Origin: Caecitellus pseudoparvulus
Taxonomy: Eukaryota; Protista; Bigyra: Bicosoecida
Assembly: GCA_965644315.1 (NCBI GenBank)
Contig: CBFFRQ010000067.1
Location: 744,001-808,000 of the forward strand
Length of the DNA stretch: 64,000 nt
Direction of reading: 5' to 3'
Translations under genes and position numbers: made by a program
Shown: one piece after another, positions 54,357-64,000 of the stretch
Layout: each line of letters starts with the position of its first letter
How positions within the stretch are numbered: position 1 is the first letter of the stretch
Notes under the pieces: model-generated
Databases searched by the model: none
What the model saw: only the letters and a program-made list of their open reading frames with translations
What the model was told of the DNA's origin: nothing

Positions 54357-54876
54357 ATGGCAGGTGAGGGCAGTGAGTTGCCCTCTGAGCTCAGGGCTGC
54401 TGCTGAGCGAGAGGGCTGTCGTGTGACAAGCAGCACTCAGCAGAGCATGCACTGGGTCAATGGCCAGTCAAACTGGAGCAAAGACGTGACGTACTACAAA
54501 GAATGTCCAGGCAAACATCCTGAGCGCATCTTCCGTGCCAGTGAGCATGGGAGTGGCGGGGCTCAGGCCCAAATGCCTCAGTGCGTGTTGCGTTTTGGCT
54601 GCGTTTCTGCTGCCTGCGCACCGATGTTTGTGTGCCCTTCCGATTCACAGAGGGACTCCTGACGGCGATCTTGGGCAGCAGATGCAGCAAATGGAGCAGC
54701 AAATGAGGTCCATGTTGGAGGCCTTCGGTGGGGGGTTCGGAGGAGATGGCGGTGGAGGATTGTTCGGTGGCGTGCCGATGCTTCCTCCTGCGGCGCAGAT
54801 TCCCCGCAGGCAGCAGCTCCCAGAGGCCAGCAAGGTCCCGCAAAAGCCACCATCTAGTCACAGTGACTATCTGTAG
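54357..54876 (+). CDS. Small hypothetical protein (149 aa), 2 exons (54357-54580, 54651-54876)
   Basis: A phase-2 intron GTGCGT...TCACAG joins ORFs 54183 and 54535 in frame. N-terminal two-Cys beta-type segment (GCRVTSS...YYKECPGKHPERIF), then an M/Q-rich helix and a Gly/Phe/Pro tail. Confidence 0.7.
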
Positions 54877-55235
54877 TGTGTAAAAATGGTGATCTGCGGC
54901 GTAGCGGGTGCAGAGTGTGCTGTGGTGATGTGCAAGATGCTCTCTGCTGCCACGCCACGTTCGACTTTCGCGCTGCGCGAGGACCCTTCGACGCTTTCGA
55001 TTCAAGATCTGCGCCTCTTTGCCTCAGTTTTGTCGCAAACGTGGCCGCCAGGCCAGCCATGGCATGGACTTGCAGCTCCTCTGAGCCTCGCTCAAGCAGT
55101 GAGGAGCTGCTGCAGGCAGCCTTGCCCGTGTGTCAATTCACCATGCAGACTCGATCCCGAAGCAGTGTACAGGAGGTGTTCCTCCACGGGTGATCCCCCC
55201 GGCTGACAACAGCGTCGCGGTGGTACGGGGACGGT

Positions 55236-58200
55236 ATGCAGAGCGTGGTGGACCAGCCATGCGACGCGGGCGCGGTGGGGTCCGCTGCGCTGCACTTGCA
55301 GCTTCATGGCGTGGTCAGCGACGCAGCAGAGATTCTAGCGAGGCGCAGCTTGGATGTGTCTCTCCTCTGCTCCCTGTGCTGCAGCGCGGCAGGGCAGGAG
55401 GACGTAGGCGGGTTGACAGCGGCGAAGTTCGGCGCTGTGCCGGGCTTTGCGCACAGCGTGCGGGTTTCCCCAACTCATGTCATGGCTGCTTGCCAGACAT
55501 ACGGGATTGACACAGCTCATGCTTCTCAGTGCGTGGGCCGTTTGAGCATGGCGTCCTTGCTGCGAGCTGTCGCTGCCGCTGGTGCCAGCGTCGCCGCGAC
55601 GCCGACGCTGCATCCGCGCACTACTTGTTCCCTCACAGGCGGCCCTTTGTCGAGTGGTGTCTGCAGAATGGCGCCATGACATGTTTCTACGACATGGTCA
55701 CTGATGCGCAGCTGCAGACTGCCCGCTCCGTCACTGCCTCCGGCGATGCTTGCATGTTGGTGTGTGCGCTGGCTGGCCGGGCGCTGGGCCACTTCGTGCA
55801 CACTTGGCACAGTCTTCGAGAGAGCGCCACTGCTGATCCGCGTGTGGGTGGGCTGACAAAAGAAGCGCGCAGTGCTGCACCGCTGCTGGCCCTGGCTGCC
55901 GTGCTGCCCCCCGCCTCCACCTCAGCCATCTCCCAAGATGCGCACCTGGCGCTGCGGCGGTGGGTGGCAGGGGGAGCGGGCATCGTCCCTCCTGCCTCGC
56001 CTCGAAAGGGGAGCATATTAAAAGAGTCTGGATCGACCAGTCCAAATAGACACCGGGTTGTGGAGGTGCGGTCTGGGGCTCTGGACACTGCAGCTCTGCT
56101 GTCATGGATCCTGGCGGAAGGCCCCGCGCCACCGCTGGGCGCGGCGCTGAGTGACTTTGTGCGCGAGGCTGCAGCGGCAGCCACAGCTCCAGTGACAGTG
56201 CAAGAGCATGCGTGGGTGGTGCTGATTGCCGCCTGTGTACTGCACGTGGTGGCAGGGCAGGTGTGGCGTGCGGCTGCTGCAGCTGTGCTGGAGCAAGGCG
56301 CCGACGCCATTCAGCCCACCCATGTCGTGAGAGGACTGCTGTGGGGCAAACTGCTGCACGGCAAGGCGGGGGATGCGTCCCTTGGCTGCCACATGGCGGG
56401 CTCCCGCCGCTCATCTGTGCCCAACGTGTCCACACGGGGTGGTGCGCTGGCTGCTCTGCGGGAAGCGGCGGGCTCCTCCCACACTGCCACTGCGCTGGGC
56501 TTGGTTCTGCTGTGGGATCACCCAGGCGGCGCAGCCCACGTCTTGCACAGGTGGGAGCTGGCTCGGGTGCGCCACGCTGCTCTGCGCATCGCGGCTGCCA
56601 GCCCTGCCCTGCTGCCGCCACAGTGGAAGGTGTGGCTGGGCGCTGTGGGGCGGGTGGCCTCGGGCATCGTGCGGGTGCCGGTGCTGCTGTCTTCCCCGGC
56701 ACCCTATGCCCCCTTACCTGCATTCCCCACTACCGCCGCCAGCGACCTGGCACTGTGGCTTCGCTGCGTCCTGCCAGCCACCCTCACCCGGCACAAGGCT
56801 AGTCTGCCCCCTGGCCAAGGCAGCTTGGAACCCAACCATGCGCTAGTAGCCAAACGGCCCGCCGCCCGTGGTGCAGCCAAGCCGCCGCCTCCCCAGGGCA
56901 AGGTTGCCGCGTCAGGCTCGCCGGGGGCAGTGCCCGCAGCTTCGGGCCTGCCTGTGCTGCTGCAGCAGGGTGTGGATGGGGAGGTGTTGGGGCGAGTGTC
57001 GGTGCTGTGGCGCCGGCTGCACTTCGTGACGGCCCTGGCTCAGGCCGGCGCCGGCGAGGCCAGTGCCTCTGGATCTGGTTTGGCTGAGTTGGCGGCGAGC
57101 CAGCCCCGGAGCGTGTGGGAGGGACTGGCCTCGGAGGTGGGGGTTGAGCTCGCTGAGCAGTTGAGGGGAGAGGTGGAGGCGTTGTCGGGGCGAGGGGGGG
57201 ACACTGTCGCGGCACTGTGCACAGCTGCAGGTGTCGGGTGTGTTTCGGGCTCCGCTGACCGCGCGCTCACCGCAGCGGTGCAGGCTGGGCTGCCTGCCTT
57301 GGCGGGCTGCATGGAGGTGCAGGCACTGCGCGTGCTGCCGTGGTCCTTGCGAGGCGCGCTCGGCGCAGATGCAGAGCAAGTGCCTCCCATCGGCTTGGAC
57401 ATCGAAGCACGCCACCGCGACAGCGTGCCATGTGATGCAACCGTTAACCCCGCCCTGTCTGCACTGACGCTGGCGTTGCAGGGCAGCACCATGCCGGGGG
57501 GGGCAGTGGCTCCACATCAGGTGTCATCTCCCGCCGCGCCGCCCCACCTCGCCTCCATGCTGCAGGTTCTGTGGGGAGGGGGCCCCCCTCCCAACCCTGA
57601 GCAGCTGCACGTGGAGCTGCTGGGTGTAGCTGGGCTGCAGGAACACCTCACGCCAGAGGCAGTGGGCGCAGTGGAGGCGGCTGCTGCAGCACAGGCCGCC
57701 GCGGAGGCAGACTCTGGCCGTGCCAAGTCCGGCAGTTTGTACGGCCGCATCAAGCGCAGCATCTTCGGCCGCAAGCAGTCCTCAGATGCGCCTGCCGCCG
57801 ACAGTGCTCCCTCGACGTTGCCAGCCCCCCCACCCCCCGCCCAGCGCAGCGCCGGCTCGCGGCCGCGTCGCACTGGCACTGGGGCAGGTCGAGGCAAGTC
57901 GCCGTCACACCAGCGGCACTTGGCCAGTCTAGCTCGGGCGCTGCTGTCCACTGAACGGGCACGGCGCGAGGCTAAGGCTGCGGCGCTGCTGGCTGGCGTG
58001 AAGGGGCCAGGTGCCACGGCGAGCCTGCCGCCTGACCCGGCGTGGCTGTGGTGGGCACACCTCATGCCACGACCCCTGGCAACTCCACCCTCAGCGTTGC
58101 CTGGGTACTGCGCCGGGCTGCCGGCTGACGCCCTGACCACGGCGCAAGTGCAGCCACTGCAGGCATCTCCCTTCCTGCTGCCTGTCCTGGGGTCTGGGCG

Positions 58201-61200
58201 GTACAGAGCTCTGCAGCTGGTGCTGGCGGCACACATGCCCCCCCTGGAGAGGCTGGTGGCAGAGGCTGTGGCGCTGCACTGTGAGGAGGATGTGCCCTTC
58301 GCCTGTGGTGGCTGCGGGCAGTGGGTGCACCTGGCTGCAGCTGTGCAGCGGACTCTCACGGGCCTGCCACCATCGGGGGTGGGGCACCTCCTGCCCTTCC
58401 TGAACGTGCAGGAGGCCTTCCCTGCCCTGGCCGCCGCCCCCCCCTCCGCGGCCGAGGCAGGCCCACCCCCCCTCCCTCAGCTCTGCACAGCCTTCATGTG
58501 TCACATGCTGCCGCTCATCGCCGCGACGCAGAGCGTGTCAGGGGGGGCAGCGGGTGTGACGCTGCAGCGCATGCAGGAGTTGCAGCGGGTGTGGGGCGAA
58601 GTGGCGGGGGCATGGATGGTGCAGGAGGGGTGGGTGGAAGCCCCTGCAGCGGCTGGGCGCCGGGTGCCCCCCCCCGCACCCCCCTCAGACTCGCCCGCCC
58701 TCACCCTGGCCTGTCTCCTGTGCATGGCAGTGCAGGGGGGACAAGCCCAATCGACGCTGGACGTGAATGGGGCCACCTCCCCCGAGCAGGAGGTCGCCCT
58801 GGCCAAGGCTGGTACACTGGGCAGCACGGCGCTGGGCAGCTTCGCGTGGGCTGTGTCGCCCCTGCTGCAGTGGGTGTGGGGCACGGTGTGTGCGCCGCCG
58901 CGCCACAGACAGTGGCGCCGCTTCGGCCTGGGGGACTTCACAGAAGACACGGCGCCCCTCGCCCTGGCGGCACGCAGCGGCGCACCTGAGCCCCCAGCGC
59001 CCCTCCCCTGGCCCTTGCTGGCCACTCTGCACGGCAAGGCTGCGGCGCCGCCCAGCACGTCATCCGTCAAGCAATTGCTGGGCGAGGTGCCACTGCCAAG
59101 CTCCCAGGCAAGCCGGGTGGCCAAGCTGACCACCATGTTGGGCAGCGAGGCTGAGGGCGCTGCGAGGGAGGCGTCGTGGAGCGAGGAGGGGGCGAGTCGC
59201 ACGCGCCGACCCAGCGCGAGCAAGGCCGCTGCCATGCTCGGCATCGGCGAACCGTCCCCCGACACGACAGAGCCGCCGCCCTCCCCCACCCGCTCTGTCC
59301 TCCGCCGCTTCTCCCTGACCCGCCGAGCTGCCACGCCAGACCCTGCCAGCCACGTCACTGAGCGCAAGCGAGGCGGAGGTGGATCGGCTCGGCGCCTGTC
59401 CCTCAAGGCAGCGGCACTGCTGGGGCACCCCTCTGCCGCCTCCGGCTCTTCAGGCGAGGGGGGGCAGACAGCGACAGCAGCGACACGGGCAGGGGGCAGC
59501 GCGGGCGGTGGGCGCGGCACGGGCTCCTTGCGAAGTGACGGCAGCGGCGGGGTGGAGGAGCAGTCCCCCGTGCAGCTGACCGACGCGCCAGGCTTCGCGC
59601 CGCCCTCCCCCTCGCACGAGCCGGACCCGGCCGGCCTGCGCAACCGCAGCATCAGCGGACACAGCCTGGCCTCTGGAGGGGAGTACGTGTGTGTGGAACG
59701 CACACCACCCAAGCCCACGCTGCCCGCCCCCGTGGGCCAGTGGCTGGCCGGTATCCTGCAGCGCATGCTGCCCCACGCGTCAGCGGCAGATCTGGGCCTG
59801 GGCAGCGGACCCAAGGCCCCTGGCGGCCTCCCTGCAGCCGACCAACGCATGCAGCTCACGGCGTGCATTGGTTCAGCCAGCCACGTGTGGTGGCGCGACG
59901 CGGCAGAGTGCGCCCCCAGCAGCATCGTGCCGGCGCTGCAGCAGGCCTTGGAGGCGCTGCAGCCTGCCGCCTTGCGTCACACGCTGCGCTGCGTGCAAGA
60001 GTGGGAGGGGGACATTCCTGCTCTGCTGGCTGCGACAGCAGAGGCGCCGGACGTGCCGTTGGCGACGTCAGGCGGCGCGGCGGGCCAGGCGGGGGACGGC
60101 GACAGCAGCGCCGACGAGAACGCAGGGGCAGTGGACACGGCCTTCCAGGACAGGTGCCTGCGCGGCATCCCCGCCGCCCCCACACTGCCCTTGCTCGCGT
60201 TCAAAGTGCTGTGCCAGAGCCCCCCCCCGCCGCTGCGCAGCACTGTGCGGCACCTGCCTGGGGGTGCGGGGTGGCAGATGCCGCAGGGGGCGCTGCTGTT
60301 CAGCACGGCGCTTGACCCGCACCGCCCCACTGACAATATCTTGCTGCTGAGTGCAGGGGACGGCCCGCCCACCTGCACCAGCGAGGCAGGTGCCCAGCTG
60401 TCCCTGTGGCAGCAGTGGCAGCTGGCGCGTCTGACCAGCCTCGTGCGGAGTGGGCTGCTGCTCACGCCACAGCTGGTGCCAGGCACGGGTGGCCACTTCG
60501 CAGCGCACGTCTCTGCCGCAGCGGGTCTCTTGACGGCGCCCTTTCCAGACAACCCCACTGGGAATGCCATCGCAGCTTGGCTCACGGCAGCAGGTGCTGG
60601 CGCCGCTGAGGCGCTGGGCCAGGCAGCAGGCACGGCTCGTGATGGGTCGGGCTGGGCGGCGGACCTGACTGCAGCGGCGGCTGCGGGTGTGACTGACGGG
60701 CTGGCCCTCACAGGGGACTCCACCGCCATCACCCCCCAGCAGCTGCTCGTGCCGCCTCAGCAAGGCTACGCCACTGAGCTGAGCCAAGCAGTGTGCCGTG
60801 TCGGCTCGACGCCCCCACCTGTGCAGCGTGGGTTGGTGCGGGCTATCGCATCCTGGGCGGAGGGCGCGGCGAGTCTACGGGTGGGTACCGTGCACCTCAC
60901 ACAGTGGCTGGCCGTGCGGGCGCAGCTGTGGGGGGCAGCTGTGGGGGGTGACGGGTCTCTGTCGGCCACAGCTGTGGCGCTGGGCGGCCTCACCTCCCGC
61001 GGACCCACCCTTGCCTCGCATCGTGCTGAGCGCCTGTTGACGACGCTGCACAGCCACTGTGACATGGCGGCGCAGCACCTTGCTCCAGCACCCCCTGCCC
61101 CCCTTGCAGCGGGCATCCTGACCCCCCCTTCCGGTGACACCCTTACCCCCCTCGCAGTGGCGCAGGGCAAGCCTCTGGCCTCCCTACCCCCCTCTGCGCT

Positions 61201-62635
61201 GCCTTTCCTGGCCCAGCACACATTCGGACCTAAGTCCTTGCCTGCCGCCCAGCAACCTGACTTGCTGCCTGCCGTGCCCCGGGCAGCCCGTGTTGGGGGG
61301 GGCCCTGCGCCCCCCAGCAAGGCAGCTGCCCGACCCAGGCCGCCTGGCTCAGCCAAGCCGGGGTCGCGTGCGCCCCCTCCCGGAATGCCCAAGGGCGCAG
61401 CCTCGAAGCCTCCCTCCGCGCAACCTTCCGCCCCACCAGGCCCGAGTGACTCCTCACCGGCCACATCGCCCGAGTTGACCGCTGCCGCTGATGCTGTGCA
61501 GTGGCTGGCAGCAGTGGGCGGCCAGCCACTGGATGTCGCAGCACCGGCGGTGTGGCAAGCACACCGTGTGCAGCTCACAGAGCTCTTCCACGCCCCCGCA
61601 GCCGACGCCCCCCTGCACCACGCCCTGACAGACGTGTGGGCTCAGGTTGGGAGCTTTGAGGCGGCTGCCGCGGCAGGTGATGGTGCGGCCCCCCCCCTCC
61701 TCATCCACACCACTGTGGGGGGCAGCGTCACTGCCGAAGCGCTGGCAGAGGGCATGGCATCAGCGTCTGCGGTGGCGTCCAGCTCATCCGGCGCATCACC
61801 AGGGGGGGGTGGGCCCACCCCGCCCTCCCCCTCCCCTGCCGTGCTGCGAAAATCCCTCACGCGACGGCAGGCTCAAGCAGACGCCGTCGCAGCCAAACTC
61901 CTGCAGCGGGATGGCTGTGTGGCGTGTTGGATGGCGCCCGGCACAGGGGAGGGCAGTGCAGGTACACTCGTCCTGACTCGCGATTTGACTCACGTGCCGC
62001 CGCCGCCGCCCAAGCCTGGACGAGCAAGTGGCAGCGCCACGAGCCCCAAGGGCACTCGCGCCAGCACCCTGCAACTGGGCCAGCTGGCAGTGGGTGTGTG
62101 CGTGGAAGATGCCTGGTCAGCCAAGCCGCCGCCGGGTCTCGCTGGCACTCTGCGGGTGGCACTTGAGAGCCAGCAGCAGGGTGAGGGGGCTGGTGGCTGT
62201 GGAGCGTTCCTGCCGAGCATCGGCGCGGCATTTGCTCGAGCAGCATCTGCCTGCCCACGTGTCACTGTCGTCGAAGCAGCTGGAGTTGCCTGTGACGAGC
62301 TGGGGCGGGAGGAGGGTGTGCTGCACGTGGTGGCGGGTACGCCCCGCACTTCCCATGGTGATGCTCTGTGGAGTCACCCGCTGGATGCGGTGACGCAGCT
62401 GGTAGGTGCCGGCGGCCCGGCAGGGAAAGCGACCTCCGAAGGGGCGCCTGCTGCCACACTTGCCGTCCTCGTGGAGCCACAGGCAGTGCTGGCGCTGCAG
62501 CGAGCACTGCAGGCTCGGCTGGTCAGCGTGCTGGACCTGGCAGCGCGAGGGGCGGCCAGTGCGGGAGCCGGGCTGGCGGAGGGAGTGACCATTACACCTC
62601 GACTGTTGCATGCTGCAATTGTGTGTGGGCAGTGA
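55236..62635 (+). CDS. Large Ala/Pro/Gly-rich hypothetical protein (about 2429 aa), at least 2 exons (55236-55528, 55639-62635)
   Basis: A phase-2 intron GTGCGT...CTCACAG (55529-55638) joins ORF 55236 to the 7-kb ORF. The start may lie further upstream. No domain recognised. Confidence 0.7.
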
Positions 62636-62779
62636 GTGCGTGGCTGCTGCAGCAAGTGCGTGGGCGTGTGATTGTGCCGTGCAATGCAGTGCGAAGCAGT
62701 CGCCACTTTCTACTCACCACTCAATTCCCTTGCCGGCCGCTCCTCAGCCTATGCCACCAGCCCCCCCCCTTCGATTACC

Positions 62780-63384
62780 ATGGCCCTCGCCCGCCGCCTG
62801 GCGGCCCGCGTCACCACCACGGCCATGGCGGCCGCAGCTGCCGTCGGCGGCGGCGCCGTCGCCGCTGCAGCGCCTGCCACCACGCAACTGCGCCCGGCCT
62901 CCACAGCCAGCGGAATCCGCGTGGAAGCTGACACCATGGGCGAGCTGCAGGTGCCTTCGGACAAGTACTGGGGCGCCCAGACTCAGCGTTCTCTCATCAA
63001 CTTCCCCATTGGCAACGAACAAGACCGCATGCCCAAGGAAGTCATGCGTGGTGAGTGTTTCGAGGCACGCTGCGGAAATACGCGCACAGCCCGCGCCATC
63101 ACCACGCCTGGCCTTTCCTGTCCCTGCAGCGTTTGGCATCCTCAAGAAGTGCGCGGCCAAGGTGAACATGGAGTATGGCCGCCTGCCCAAGGACATTGGC
63201 AGCGCCATCGTGCAGGCATGCGACGAGCTCATCGCCGGCAAGCTGGATGAGCACTTCCCGCTGGTTCGTGCCTGGCTCAGGCGGCGCTGGCGCCAGCACA
63301 CCGCAGGGTGGCACGCAGGCACGCCTCTCCTCTGTCGCAGGTGACGTTCCAGACGGGCTCTGGCACGCAGAGCAACATGAACAG

Positions 63385-63427
<43 letters not shown>

Positions 63428-64000
63428 GAGCTGGGCTCCAAGACCCCCGTGCACCCCAACGACCACGTGAACATGGGCATGAGCAGCAACGACTCCTTCC
63501 CCACCGGCATGTACATCGCCGCGGCGCTGGAGGTGCACACCAAGACCCTGCCCGGCCTGCGCCACCTGCACGCCTCCCTCGTGGCCAAGGCTGATGAGTA
63601 CAAGGACATCATCAAGATCGGCCGCACCCACACGCAGGACGCGACGCCCCTCACCCTGGGCCAGGAGTTCGGCGGCTACGCCCACCAGGTGGAGAAGAGC
63701 ATCGCCCGTGTGGAGCGCGCCCTGCCTTCACTCTTCGAGCTGGCACAGGGCGGCACTGCTGTGGGCACGGGCCTGAACTCAGTGGAGGGCTTCGACGTCA
63801 AGATCGCGGCTGAGATCGCAGCCGAGACAGGCCTGCCCTTCATCACCGCCCCCAATAAGTTCGAGGCTCTGGCCGCCCACGACGGCATCGTGGACGCGTC
63901 AGGCGCCCTGAACACCGTCGCCGTGTCCCTCATGAAGATCGCCAACGACATCCGCTTCCTGGGCTCTGGGCCCCGCTGCGGGCTGGGGGAGATCCAGCTG
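62780..64000 (+). CDS. fumC: Mitochondrial class II fumarate hydratase (3' truncated by the window); exons 62780-63050, 63130-63263, 63341->64000
   Basis: Arg/Ala-rich presequence [13 protein letters not shown]; motifs [83 protein letters not shown] and [19 protein letters not shown]. Two GT-AG introns (79 and 77 bp) restore the frame. Confidence 0.97.

Noticed and set aside
63341-63355. Fumarase VTFQTGSGT instead of the usual VVWQTGSGT
   Set aside because: A conservative aromatic substitution next to an exon junction; the other motifs visible in the window are intact.

Overview
Gene-dense, GC-rich eukaryotic (protist-type) DNA with short GT-AG introns. A heterotrophic stramenopile such as a bicosoecid is plausible, but that is inference. 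From left to right: (1) two tandem minus-strand genes for large signal-peptide-bearing integrin-alpha/FG-GAP beta-propeller proteins. The first (ATG 2734) runs off the left edge and is missing from the ORF track. The second (about 4619 aa when reconstructed, with a Cys-rich plus multi-TM C-terminus) is split by an intact 3641-bp piggyBac transposon (13980-17620; TTAA TSD, perfect 14-bp TIRs), and removing the element restores the reading frame exactly. The element carries a 900-aa DDD transposase with an unusual chromo-like N-terminal motif and a convergent, probably spliced second ORF matching the KolX/P2X7-ballast motif. (2) A small hypothetical gene, CHMP2/VPS2, an uninterrupted 6687-codon HECT E3 ligase ORF, a coiled-coil/cNMP-like protein and a GH16 glucanase. 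(3) A 3.4-kb gene-free gap holding a 2.0-kb low-GC core flanked by 438-bp inverted repeats, with no clear TSD and no recognisable transposase: a centromere candidate or a decayed foldback element. (4) CWC22, tRNA-Arg(ACG) with an atypical T-loop, two hypothetical genes and the 5' part of mitochondrial class II fumarase. All domain calls are by motif recognition by eye; no searches were run.
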